DNA of 64,000 nucleotides from Bacteroidaceae bacterium (GTDB taxonomy: Bacteria; Bacteroidota; Bacteroidia; Bacteroidales; Bacteroidaceae), in NCBI GenBank assembly GCA_017428785.1, contig JAFRQD010000048.1, positions 56,358 to 120,357 on the forward strand. Reading direction: 5' to 3'. Below, piece after piece: positions 15,031 to 23,874 of the stretch. How positions within the stretch are numbered: the stretch's first letter is position 1; each line of letters starts with the position of its first letter. The translations under genes were made by a program, and so were the position numbers. Below the pieces are notes generated by a model that was given only the letters and a program-made list of their open reading frames with translations, did not search any database and had not been told where the DNA came from.

Positions 15031-18006
15031 TCACCAGCCAAAGGGGAAGTCGTCGTCATCTTGTGCCTCTGCCTCTTGCTCCTTCTCCTCCTGCTCCCGC
15101 TTGTCAAGCTCGTCGGGATCAAGAATCTCGAGGTCTGCGGGCGTATCTATCTTGAGGTCATCGGGCACATCGAGCGGGGCGAAGTGTTCGTCGTAGAAGG
15201 CTTTATAGTCTTCGAAGCTGAACTCTTTGCCTATCATCTTGAGGTTGTCGTCGGAGATGAGCAGCGTGCGGATGCCCTCGAGCCTCGTGCGCATGTGTTC
15301 GTCGGCATAGAGCTTCTGTGCATAGGCATGCACTTCGTCGTAGGCAAGGAAGCCTTTTATGATCATCATGGTCAAGCCGGCATCAGCCTGTATCTCGATG
15401 TCGAAGTTACGTGCCATGAAGTTCGTGAAGTTATAATGCGCCATCTCAAAGACAAGCATGTTCTCGTCGAGACTGCCCGTCGGGTAAGCGAGGACGAAGT
15501 TGAAGTTGCAGTAGCGGTCGTCCTTGAGTGTGGGGGCGGTATCTGTGCTGTCGCTTGCTTCGCCACGGGAGCGGCGGCTCCAGATGCTGCTGGCGTCGTA
15601 GCGGTCGTCCATGAGCAGGCGCCCTTCATCAAGCCCCTTGACAATGGACTGGGCAATCTCTGTGACCTCTTCCCTCGGGAACTTCTGCACGACATCGCGA
15701 AGCGTGACCATGAAGGTGTCGCGTTCGCCTCCGTAGAGTGAGCTCATGGCCCGGATGAACATCATGCGGGCTCTGTGTTTGCCTTCGGGGAAGTTGTCGG
15801 TGCTGAACTGATAGTTCTCCTCGACCTTTGCATAGTTCTCTGTCTGATAGGCTGCGTAGGCTTCTGCATAGATACTGTCTTCGACGTGCTTGCCTTCGCG
15901 AGCTATCATCTCGTAGTTCGGGTTGCCGAGCAGGAAAGCGAGCTTGGCGTCGGGATAGTCCTCGAGCAGATAGCCTTTATATTCCTCTGCGCCTTCCAGG
16001 TCCTCGAGGCGTCCGTAGAGCAGGAAGAGGTGATAGAAGACATTGTCTATGTTGTCGTGTTCCGGGAAGTCGTTGAGGAAGCGGATCATCGTCTTCTCTG
16101 CCAGAGGGAAGTTCTCGAGCTGTTCCTGTTCCTGGATGCCGGCATTGTAGAGGGCGTCGCCAAGCAGACGGTTCGATTCCGCCATCTGCTCTTCTGTGAA
16201 AGGTATCTGCTTGAGATAGTATTCCCGCTCATGGGGGTCGTTGGCCAGAGAGTCCTTGCGAGCCTGTTCCTTTGCGGCGATGCTGTCGGCCTCGGCTGCG
16301 CTGGTGGCGGCGCCGAAGAGGCTGTCGGCTGCGGCCTCGTCGAAGTCTGCATACTTCTTGGCTTCTTCTTCGCTCATGTTCTTGAGGAGAGACTGCTTGT
16401 TGCTGATGCGCCAGAAGTTCTCATTAGGTCGGGTGCCCCAACGCCTCTGGAACTCTTGGAGACCGCTGCGCACTGTGTTGGGATTGTAGAAGTACCAGTC
16501 GCCCTGCTGCTGGCCGCCCATCATGCCCATCTGGTTCATCTGGCTTGCTCCGCCTTGCTTGTTCATCCCTGCTCCGTTGTTCCCTGCCATGCCATTGTTC
16601 GGGGCGTTGGGGTTGAGGGTGCCGTTGGCGGCAGCCTTCTTGGCTTCCTCTTTTTCCTTCCTGCGAAGCTCGGCAATGACGCGGTCGATGGCTGCAAGGT
16701 AAACCTCTTCCGGACTCTGTGCCAATACCTGCAGGCTGTCTTGCAGCTTGATGGTGCTCAGGTGCGGTTCCAGGTCGTTGAGTATCTTGCTGCGACGGTC
16801 GCTTTCCTTGTATTCCTGATGTTCCTTGTCGAGCGCGCTGACGCACTGCTTGTAGGTGCGGGCTGCCTCGATGTAGTTCTCCTGTCCCCAGTAGAGCTGG
16901 CTGAGGTGGAGGAGCAGTGTGGCCTTGTCGGGGCCGTTCTTCTTGCTTTCCTCCAGACCTTTCTCCCAAGCATAGATGCAGTGGGTGGTGTCCTCGTTGC
17001 TGAGGTAGATGTTGCCCATCGCATAATAGACCTTGTCGAGGTAGTCCTTGTTCTTGTCGCTCTTGGCCATGCGCTTGAGGCGTGCTATCATCTGGCGGAA
17101 CTTGCCCTTGTGCATGACTTCGGTCTGCATGATGCGGGCGTTGAAGGCTATCTCGTAAGGCGGATTGGCGCGTATCACTTTGGAGAGCGCCTTGTAGGCC
17201 ATCGTGTCGCGGCCTGTCTCGTGATAGAGCTGGGCCAACAGGAAGTTGAGACGCGCCTTGGGCAGCTTGCCTTTGGTTGTCTTGATGGTATTCTTCAGGT
17301 AAGGGATAGCTTCCTGATACTGACGCGTGAGCACATAGTAGCCTGCCTTCGTGTTGTCCACCTCCGCCTGTCCTTTGCGCGTGATGCTGTCCCGTTTCAT
17401 CTTGTTCAGCAGGTCTTCTGCGTCGTAAGGCCAGTTCAGGGCCACATAGCATCGCGCCAGCTTTGCCTTGGCGACAGATGTGATGTCGGGCTGCGAGCTG
17501 TAGAGGCGCAGGATATAGTTGTAGGTGGAAGCCGCCTCGAAGAACTCGCCCTTCTGGAACTGAGCGTCCGCCATCATGAACCAAGCGCGGTAGATGTAGG
17601 GATTGAACTCCTTGCGTGCAAGGAACTCCTTCTCCTTTTCCGAGCGCCTTTTGTTGCCTTTCGTGACGGGACGCTTCTTGATGCTGTGCACCTTGATGGC
17701 CTTCTCGCTCTTTGTGATGGCGGTCTCGTAGTTGCTCTTGCCCATGCCTGCCGTCGACTTGTTGGTGCAGATATACATGGGCAGTATTTCGTTGAAATTG
17801 TCCTTGTGGCCCTTGCTTTGTGCCTCAAAGCCCTCGAGGTAGGCCACTTGGCCGTTGTAGAGCGTATTGTAGTGAGCCGTCAAAGCATGGTAGGCACGAG
17901 TGGCGGATGTGTTCTTCTTGGTGGTACACGAGACAATGAGGACAAGCAACATGATGAAGCCCATCATGCCGCAACGCCTTATACGTATAGACTTTTGCCT
18001 GCTCAT
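15031..18006 (-). CDS. porW: TPR-repeat lipoprotein, PorW/SprE-like T9SS component
   Basis: It has a lipobox (LIVSC), then AYHALTAHYNTLYNG, many TPR-like repeats and a Gly/Asn/Gln/Met-rich low-complexity insert. It lies in an operon with porX. The start may instead be the internal MMGFIM. Confidence 0.55.
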   Translation of the reverse strand: MSRQKSIRIRRCGMMGFIMLLVLIVSCTTKKNTSATRAYHALTAHYNTLYNGQVAYLEGFEAQSKGHKDNFNEILPMYICTNKSTAGMGKSNYETAITKSEKAIKVHSIKKRPVTKGNKRRSEKEKEFLARKEFNPYIYRAWFMMADAQFQKGEFFEAASTYNYILRLYSSQPDITSVAKAKLARCYVALNWPYDAEDLLNKMKRDSITRKGQAEVDNTKAGYYVLTRQYQEAIPYLKNTIKTTKGKLPKARLNFLLAQLYHETGRDTMAYKALSKVIRANPPYEIAFNARIMQTEVMHKGKFRQMIARLKRMAKSDKNKDYLDKVYYAMGNIYLSNEDTTHCIYAWEKGLEESKKNGPDKATLLLHLSQLYWGQENYIEAARTYKQCVSALDKEHQEYKESDRRSKILNDLEPHLSTIKLQDSLQVLAQSPEEVYLAAIDRVIAELRRKEKEEAKKAAANGTLNPNAPNNGMAGNNGAGMNKQGGASQMNQMGMMGGQQQGDWYFYNPNTVRSGLQEFQRRWGTRPNENFWRISNKQSLLKNMSEEEAKKYADFDEAAADSLFGAATSAAEADSIAAKEQARKDSLANDPHEREYYLKQIPFTEEQMAESNRLLGDALYNAGIQEQEQLENFPLAEKTMIRFLNDFPEHDNIDNVFYHLFLLYGRLEDLEGAEEYKGYLLEDYPDAKLAFLLGNPNYEMIAREGKHVEDSIYAEAYAAYQTENYAKVEENYQFSTDNFPEGKHRARMMFIRAMSSLYGGERDTFMVTLRDVVQKFPREEVTEIAQSIVKGLDEGRLLMDDRYDASSIWSRRSRGEASDSTDTAPTLKDDRYCNFNFVLAYPTGSLDENMLVFEMAHYNFTNFMARNFDIEIQADAGLTMMIIKGFLAYDEVHAYAQKLYADEHMRTRLEGIRTLLISDDNLKMIGKEFSFEDYKAFYDEHFAPLDVPDDLKIDTPADLEILDPDELDKREQEEKEQEAEAQDDDDFPFGW

Positions 18007-18122
18007 ACCTTATATTATAACGCACGCACGCGCGCTTTTATTGTGTTCGAATCTTTTATTTTAGGCTCTCCGCTTCCACTTTCCCGCCTTTCGGCATCAT
18101 CATTTCCCTTCGCCCGTTTCTT

Positions 18123-18207
18123 GATACGCAGGCTGCGGATGCAGGTGCGCAGACTGCGGATGTCGGGATGCTGGCTGCGTTTGCACAGACGCTGCTTGCG
18201 TATCAAG
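18123..18207. repeat. GC-rich hairpin array (GATACGCAGGCTGCG... / ...CGCTGCTTGCGTATC)
   Basis: The outer arms are near-complementary and the internal units gcaggctgcggat/gcagactgcggat repeat. A related array is at 62229-62320. Confidence 0.7.
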
Positions 18208-18284
18208 AACCACATGTGCTCCGACAGGAAAGACGGGCTTCGGGGCAGGGAAAGAGCGTGTGCGGGGACAAAGATTGGCTCCCG

Positions 18285-19988
18285 TCAGCCGCCGTTTTCC
18301 CTGATGATGAGAAACGCCTCGTCCTTCAGCTCGTCGGGCAAGTTCACCCTGCGCAGTTCGAGGCTGTGCAGCCAGCCCGACACCTCGTCGGGCCGCATGG
18401 TATAGAGCACCTCGCGAAACTCCTCCACTTCCTCCTCGCTATAGCTTGTCCTGCCGCGGAAGCGGTCGAGCTCCTCGTCTTCGTAATAGTCTGCCTCGCT
18501 GACGTCTCGCAAGCTGTCCATCTCGCAGACCTCATGCTGACCGCAGCACCAACTAGCGGCTTCGTACCTTCTCCCTGCCTCTCCCTTGTCAGGAGTGGGG
18601 CTGATAGTCTCAGCATCTTGATTCTCCCCTTGCATGGGGGAGTCAGAGGGGCTCTCTATCTTGAACCCCACTGCACTGAGGTCGTCCCAAAACCTCGGGT
18701 ACGACTTGCTTACGACCTGCGGATTGTTTATCTGTATCCGACTGTTCGTGCGAAGGCAGACAGGCGCAAAGGCCATTGCCATGCGGTGGTCTTCGTAGGT
18801 GTCGAACGCAAGAGGACCTCTCCCCGCCTTTCCCTCTATGGAGAGCCCCACGTTTGCTTTCCCCTCGGAAGACGGCATCAACAGGTCGTTCCCCTGCACC
18901 TCCACATCCACCAGCTTGCCGAGTTCCTTCTCCAACGCTGCGATGCGGTCGGTCTCCTTGATGCGAAGGCTCTGCAGGCCAAAGAGATGGAAGGGGACGC
19001 CGAGCATGGCGCAGGTCACTGCAAAGGTCTGTGCCAAGTCGGGCTGGTGCGTGAAGTCCTGGCTGAAGAAGGAGGTGATGCTCGGGCTCTTACGGAGCCT
19101 CGTGACCTCCGTGCCGTCGGGCTCCACATAAAACTGTGTCTCGACGCCCAGCTCGCCGAACATGCGCCATACCCGGCTGTCGCCCTGAATGCTGTCGTGA
19201 TGCAGGCCGATGAGTTCCACCTCGGCATTCGCGTCACGAGAGAGCGCTACAATCTCGTACCAATAACTGGCTGCGCTCCAGTCGCTCTCGATATGATACG
19301 GACGCTGCAGGTAGGCTCGCGGCTCTACTTCGATGGCATCGTCGCCCTGCCACCCGACCTTCGCTCCGAAATCTCGCATCATGCTGATGGTCATGTCCAA
19401 GTAGGGACGGCTCGCTATCGTGCCCGTCAAGGTGAGACGCAGGCCTTTCCTCAGCGTGGGCGCTATCATCAAAAGAGCCGAGATGTACTGCGAACTGACA
19501 TTGCCGGGAACGGTCAGAGCGCCGCCTTCGAGGTCGTCGCGACCCGTGATGCGCAAAGGCGGGAAGCCCTCCTCGCCCTCGTATTTGATGTTGGCGCCCA
19601 GCTGACGGAGGGCATCGACGAGGATGCCGATAGGACGGTGCTTCATGCGCTCCGTTCCCGTTATCACATGCTCGCCAGGCGTGACACTCAGAAAAGCCGT
19701 CATAAACCGCATGGCCGTGCCGGCAGCTCCAATGTCGATAGGCACTCTCCCCATCTTCTCCCCCTCTGAAGGAAGACGCTTATTGTCAGCTCTCCCCGTA
19801 TAAGGAGAACCCGAGAGAGTCTGCAAGGCCCGAAGCATCACCTGGGTATCGTCGGAATCCGACAGGTTGTCGGGCAACAAAGCGTTCTTGCTCAACGCAT
19901 TAAGCACTAAAGCACGGTTACTGATACTCTTGCTTGCAGGTAGCACAATACGCCCCCTGATTTGGTTTCCTGAACTTATCTTTAGCAT
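18285..19988 (-). CDS. aroA: 3-phosphoshikimate 1-carboxyvinyltransferase (EPSP synthase) with an in-frame internal insertion and a ~125 aa C-terminal extension
   Basis: MLKISSGNQIRGRIVLPASKSISNRALVL, IDIGAAGTAMRF and NPQVVSKSYPRFWDDL identify AroA. After ...GFKIE the ORF continues through a repeat-derived linker into a CCGQHEVCE...DYYEDEELDRF...EEVEEFREVL module. I chose the start at 19988 because a minus-strand -7 box (20021-20028) overlaps the longer ORF start. Confidence 0.8.
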   Translation of the reverse strand: MLKISSGNQIRGRIVLPASKSISNRALVLNALSKNALLPDNLSDSDDTQVMLRALQTLSGSPYTGRADNKRLPSEGEKMGRVPIDIGAAGTAMRFMTAFLSVTPGEHVITGTERMKHRPIGILVDALRQLGANIKYEGEEGFPPLRITGRDDLEGGALTVPGNVSSQYISALLMIAPTLRKGLRLTLTGTIASRPYLDMTISMMRDFGAKVGWQGDDAIEVEPRAYLQRPYHIESDWSAASYWYEIVALSRDANAEVELIGLHHDSIQGDSRVWRMFGELGVETQFYVEPDGTEVTRLRKSPSITSFFSQDFTHQPDLAQTFAVTCAMLGVPFHLFGLQSLRIKETDRIAALEKELGKLVDVEVQGNDLLMPSSEGKANVGLSIEGKAGRGPLAFDTYEDHRMAMAFAPVCLRTNSRIQINNPQVVSKSYPRFWDDLSAVGFKIESPSDSPMQGENQDAETISPTPDKGEAGRRYEAASWCCGQHEVCEMDSLRDVSEADYYEDEELDRFRGRTSYSEEEVEEFREVLYTMRPDEVSGWLHSLELRRVNLPDELKDEAFLIIRENGG

Positions 19989-20020
19989 TTTCCTTTTACC
20001 ATTTTTCATCAAAAACGGCA

Positions 20021-20028
20021 CAAAGTTA
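20021..20028 (-). promoter_or_regulatory. -7 box TAACTTTG for aroA
   Basis: The plus strand reads caaagtta, ~33 nt upstream of the ATG at 19988. Confidence 0.5.
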
Positions 20029-20060
20029 CGAAAAAGTTTGGAAGGAACAAAAAAATGTCA

Positions 20061-20068
20061 TACCTTTG
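20061..20068 (+). promoter_or_regulatory. -7 box TACCTTTG for tRNA-Pro
   Basis: It matches TAnnTTTG, 20 nt upstream of the tRNA 5' end. Confidence 0.55.
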
Positions 20069-20087
20069 CAGCGCGAAACACAAGGAA

Positions 20088-20160
20088 CGGGATGTAGCGC
20101 AGTTGGTAGCGCACACGTCTGGGGGGCGCGAGGTCGCAAGTTCGAGTCTTGTCATCCCGA
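20088..20160 (+). tRNA. tRNA-Pro (anticodon GGG)
   Basis: Manual cloverleaf fold: acceptor stem CGGGATG/CATCCCG, D arm GCGC-AGTTGGTA-GCGC, anticodon loop CT-GGG-GG, T arm GCAAG-TTCGAGT-CTTGT, discriminator A. There is one A-C mismatch in the anticodon stem, and CCA is not encoded. Confidence 0.85.
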
Positions 20161-20166
20161 CCTTAG

Positions 20167-20210
20167 AAAGAGCCGAAAGCTTGAACACAAGCAGTCGGCT
20201 CTTTCTTTTT
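20167..20210 (+). terminator. Intrinsic terminator hairpin, possibly bidirectional
   Basis: gaaagagccga ... tcggctctttc followed by ttttt. It lies between the tRNA and the convergent stop at 20211. Confidence 0.7.
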
Positions 20211-21272
20211 CTACAGTTTATCGATGGCGGGCTGAATGTCTTTCGACCAATCGGAACCAGAGGCGGCTATGCGGCCATCGGGTGTGACAAGGATAATATA
20301 AGGCAGGCGCTTGACGCCCCACTGCTGTACGAGCGGACTTGCGAGCGCCTTGAAGTCGCAATAACTCGGGAAGTCGATTGTGTCGCGCTTCTCTATCCGG
20401 TTCAGTTCTCTTTCGTCTGCATCGAGAGAATAGCTGATGAGCTCGATGTCCTTGCCTTTCGACTTCAGTTCCCGACGCAGGCGTTTTGCCCGATAGAGTG
20501 CGCTCTGACTGCCGCTCTTCCATGTCGCCCAGAATGCGATGAGCAGGAGTTTGTCCTTATAATCTGCCCGTTTGATGGTTCTTTCCTCTGTGCCGTTGCC
20601 GCCATGCTCAGGCTTCAAGGTAAGGGAGAAGTCGGGCAGACGATTGCCGACGCGCAGTTTGCCGAGAGAGCGGACATGCGAGGAGAGTTTCGACAGGGCG
20701 AGGTCATCGGGACAAGCGCGGCTAAGGCTGTCATACAGCTCTGTAGCTTCTTTGACAGATACCTCGTCGTCGCATAGGAAATAGGTGGCGAAGAGGTATC
20801 GGCTCATGTCGAGAGTGGGATGCTCGAGGATGTAGTTGTGGGCGATATCCTTCGTCTCTGTAGCCGACTTGCCGTTGGACTCGAGTCGGAACTCTGTAAA
20901 GACTTCATTGTCCTCGGAGCCCGAGACTTCCACTTCGCTGAGGTTCTGTGCATCGCCCTTTATGACGAGGTCGGCCCCAGGATTGCCGAAGACGACAAGC
21001 TCCGACTGGTTCGGGTAGAGGATGTGCAGGGTAGCTGTCTCCAGAGTGGGCAGTGTGTAGGAGAAGAGGCCGTCGCGGATGTGCAAGGTGTCCACCCTGT
21101 CCAGCCCCTCGTCGGTGCTGTAGATGAGGAAGACGCCCTGCTCCAAGTGCTCGAACTCCCCTTTGAGGCGAACCTCTTTGGGGTGTCCGGTACAACATAT
21201 AAAAAGTAAGAAGATAGAAGAAGATAGAAGAAGATATGCTGCTTTCAGCAGCGAAGATAGAGGACAAAACAT
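20211..21272 (-). CDS. TlpA/AhpC-TSA-like thioredoxin-fold lipoprotein lacking the CXXC motif
   Basis: The C-terminal thioredoxin-like domain reads LLLIAFWATWKSGSQ where canonical TlpA proteins have WASWCGPC. The N-terminal half resembles the DUF4369-type domain. The start is taken at MFCPLSS. Confidence 0.6.
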   Translation of the reverse strand: MFCPLSSLLKAAYLLLSSSIFLLFICCTGHPKEVRLKGEFEHLEQGVFLIYSTDEGLDRVDTLHIRDGLFSYTLPTLETATLHILYPNQSELVVFGNPGADLVIKGDAQNLSEVEVSGSEDNEVFTEFRLESNGKSATETKDIAHNYILEHPTLDMSRYLFATYFLCDDEVSVKEATELYDSLSRACPDDLALSKLSSHVRSLGKLRVGNRLPDFSLTLKPEHGGNGTEERTIKRADYKDKLLLIAFWATWKSGSQSALYRAKRLRRELKSKGKDIELISYSLDADERELNRIEKRDTIDFPSYCDFKALASPLVQQWGVKRLPYIILVTPDGRIAASGSDWSKDIQPAIDKL

Positions 21273-21350
21273 ATTCCATCCCCTTTTATCTTCTTTTATC
21301 TTCATCTATTCCTCTGTCTTCTTCTATCTTCCTCTATCTTCTGCTATCTT
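21207..21350. repeat. Imperfect inverted arrays of GAAGATA/TATCTTC heptamers around the start of the TlpA-like gene
   Basis: agaagatagaagaagatagaagaagata at 21208-21236 faces tatcttcctctatcttctgctatcttct at ~21320-21350. The proximal arm encodes the signal-peptide core LLLSSSIFLLF. Confidence 0.75.
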
Positions 21351-21357
21351 CTGCTGT

Positions 21358-23052
21358 TTATTGCAGCAGGCTCTTTACTGCGCTGGCATACTTCACGAAC
21401 TCATAGTCGTTGGCAGCACGTTCAGCGAGAGACGGGTCCTGCTTGATGGCTTTTGCCAAAGCGCTGGTGACAGTGCTTGCGTCGCCGGTGCGGGCTGCGA
21501 GGACGGCCTGCAGGTAGCTTGTGATGGCGTCGGCATTCTTGATGCCCGACAGCGTGTTCTTGGCGCTGGTATAGTCCTTTGCAAGAATCTGGGCGAGGGC
21601 GGCGCTATTGCTCATCACGCCAGCCAGGTCGCTGGCAGCCTGGGTGTAGTTGCCCTTGGCGATGTTGAGGTTGCCCATCACTTCCTTGAAGGTCTCGGAG
21701 CCGCTTCCCTTGGCGAGATAGCTCTCGGCGGCAGCGATATCGCCGTCCTTGAGTGCGAGCAGAGCCAGGTTTGTATTGACTTCAGGGGCGTTCTTATTGA
21801 TGCTTGCGGCACGCTTCAGGTAGGCCTGAGCCATTTCGGGCTGGCCGTTAGCGATTGCCATCTGTGCCAAGTTGTTGAGAGGACGGTAGTCGCTCGGGTA
21901 CTGCTGGGCGACTGCCTCGTTCCATTTCTGACGGGTTTCGTTGTCCTTCACCAGCTTGTTGGCGCCATAAACAAGTTCTTCTACGCTGAGCTTGCTGGGG
22001 TCTTTCTCGTACTGAGCCAGGATCTGGTCGTCGCTGCGGCCGATGACTTCGTAGTTCACGATGAGTCTTGCACGGCGAAGCTCGGGCAGGATGCTCTCCT
22101 TGATGTCTGTGAAGACCTCGCTCATGTTGCGGATTTGCTGTTCGCGCTCCTCAGGATCCTTATACATGGAGAGGACACGCAGGATGACGTCTCTGTCTTG
22201 CAGGTTGCTCTTGCTGATGAGTTCCTGGAAGCCGTCCCAGTCCTCGGCTGTGAACTTGGTGTCCACATCGGCCTTCATCTGAATCTTCTTCAGCTCGCCT
22301 TTCAAATAGTCGGCGCTGACATTCTGACGCTTCTCGGCCAGTTGCTCGTTGAACTTGAACTTGCCGTCGGGGCTTGCGTAGGCACTTACCTCGATGTTCT
22401 GCAGGGCACGCGTCTCTTCGTTGTCGTTGATTTCACGCAGAATCTTGCCCAAGTCCTTGATGCTGACGCTATTGAGTTCGCTGGCACGGAGATTAGCCTG
22501 GTTGATGAGGAACTTGATGTTGGCTTCCTGCTTCTGCCCGATGATGCGCTGGAAGGCGTCGGGAGCGGTTGACGCCGTCATGCCGCAACGGCTGAGGAGC
22601 TGGCTTGTGGCGAGCACGCCGTAGCCAATCTTCACCTCAGGGATGCTGACCACCTTCTTGCCGAGCTTGGCATCGAAGCGGGCATAGAGGTCGCTGTTCT
22701 GCATAGCCTCCTCGTATGTGAAGTTCGTCTTCATCGTATAGACGCCGCCCATCTTGTAGCTGATGGTAGTGCCGTTGCCCTCCACCTTCTCGCCCTGGAA
22801 GGTAGCGCTCTGTCCCACGGCCTCGCCTCCATTGTACTTGAGGACTGGGGTGACCGTGACTTCTGCCTTCTTCTTCATGTACTTGACGGGGAAGGTGCCG
22901 TTGATAGTGGCAGGAACCTCGTTGCCGACAAGCTCGAGGGGAGTGGGGGTCACGGTGAAATTCTCGTCAGTAAGCTTGCCCAGCTTGCTGCAAGATGACA
23001 GCACAAAAGCAGATGCGGCTGCCATAAGGAAAAGGAACTTTGTACTTTTCAT
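21358..23052 (-). CDS. Lipoprotein with an OmpA-like segment and C-terminal TPR-like repeats
   Basis: It has a lipobox (VLSSC), the segment SAYASPDGKFKFNEQLAEKRQNVSADYL resembling the OmpA-family peptidoglycan-binding motif, and an Ala-rich TPR-like C-terminus. Confidence 0.45.
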   Translation of the reverse strand: MKSTKFLFLMAAASAFVLSSCSKLGKLTDENFTVTPTPLELVGNEVPATINGTFPVKYMKKKAEVTVTPVLKYNGGEAVGQSATFQGEKVEGNGTTISYKMGGVYTMKTNFTYEEAMQNSDLYARFDAKLGKKVVSIPEVKIGYGVLATSQLLSRCGMTASTAPDAFQRIIGQKQEANIKFLINQANLRASELNSVSIKDLGKILREINDNEETRALQNIEVSAYASPDGKFKFNEQLAEKRQNVSADYLKGELKKIQMKADVDTKFTAEDWDGFQELISKSNLQDRDVILRVLSMYKDPEEREQQIRNMSEVFTDIKESILPELRRARLIVNYEVIGRSDDQILAQYEKDPSKLSVEELVYGANKLVKDNETRQKWNEAVAQQYPSDYRPLNNLAQMAIANGQPEMAQAYLKRAASINKNAPEVNTNLALLALKDGDIAAAESYLAKGSGSETFKEVMGNLNIAKGNYTQAASDLAGVMSNSAALAQILAKDYTSAKNTLSGIKNADAITSYLQAVLAARTGDASTVTSALAKAIKQDPSLAERAANDYEFVKYASAVKSLLQ

Positions 23053-23088
23053 TGTGTTATTTGAGTTATTTTATCGTTTTTTCGGGCG

Positions 23089-23135
23089 CAAAGATACGAA
23101 AAAAAATGAAGAATGAAGAATGAAGAATAAAGAAT
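23089..23135 (-). promoter_or_regulatory. Promoter cassette: (ATTCTTC)n heptamers + T-run + cgTATCTTTGc -7 box
   Basis: The minus strand reads attctttattcttcattcttcattcttcattttttttcgtatctttgcgcc. A near-identical ~45 nt string precedes the GH51 gene at 59042-59090. Confidence 0.55.
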
Positions 23136-23205
23136 TTTCGCTATTTTGCGCCAATTGTCCTCCACGCCATTCTTCTCCCCTCAAAAGGGAGGCCGAGAGG
23201 GGGCT

Positions 23206-23853
23206 TTATCCCACAAAATCGAGGATATCCTGAGGCCGTTCCGCAAAGATTGTGGCGCCATGAGCCACCAGGAAGTCTCGGCTGCGGAACCCCCACAGAA
23301 CCGAGATGCAAGGCAGCCCGGCATTCGAGGCCGTCTGGAGGTCCACATCGGAATCTCCCACATAGATTGCCTCCTCTTTCGATACGCCAAGACGCTCCAG
23401 AGCCTGTATCACCATATCCGGCTCAGGCTTTCGCGGAACACCCTGCTGCTCGCCTATGGCCACATCTATCACACCGTTGAAGAACAAGTCCGCCAGCTCA
23501 TCCACACCCTTCTGCAGCTTGTTGCTGACCACTGCCATACGATAGCCCTTCGCATGAAGCGCGGTAAGGAGGGAGGCGACGCCTGGATAGAGGCACGTAT
23601 GGTCCTGGCAATGAATGATATAGTGAGCACGAAAAGCCTCGAAGCAGCGCTCCAGCTTTATCGAATCGGTGTCCTCCGGAACCGAACGCTCCACGAGCTT
23701 CCTGACGCCATTGCCCACGAAGCGGCGCACCTCATCGAGCGACCTTTCGGGGAAGTCGCAGCTGCGAAGCGCATGATTCACACTCAGATAGAGATCCTCG
23801 AGCGTGTCCGTCAGCGTCCCATCCAAGTCAAATATGATAGCCTTGTACTTCAT
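23206..23853 (-). CDS. HAD-IA family hydrolase (phosphoglycolate phosphatase-like)
   Basis: MKYKAIIFDLDGTLTDT (DxDGT motif I), VVSNK (motif II) and YVGDSDVD (motif IV). The start is taken at MKYK. Confidence 0.8.
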   Translation of the reverse strand: MKYKAIIFDLDGTLTDTLEDLYLSVNHALRSCDFPERSLDEVRRFVGNGVRKLVERSVPEDTDSIKLERCFEAFRAHYIIHCQDHTCLYPGVASLLTALHAKGYRMAVVSNKLQKGVDELADLFFNGVIDVAIGEQQGVPRKPEPDMVIQALERLGVSKEEAIYVGDSDVDLQTASNAGLPCISVLWGFRSRDFLVAHGATIFAERPQDILDFVG

Positions 23854-23874
23854 CCGTCTTTTCGTTTCCGGCTG

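Noticed and set aside
20088-20160. I considered whether the tRNA is a pseudogene because of an A-C mismatch in the anticodon stem.
   Set aside because: All other stems pair perfectly, conserved T54-T55-C56 and G18-G19 are present, and a dedicated promoter box and terminator flank it. A single mismatch is tolerable.
21207-21350. I considered whether the GAAGATA inverted arrays around the TlpA-like start form an invertible promoter.
   Set aside because: I found no TAnnTTTG box between the arms, the arms are imperfect, one arm is coding, and no recombinase gene is nearby.
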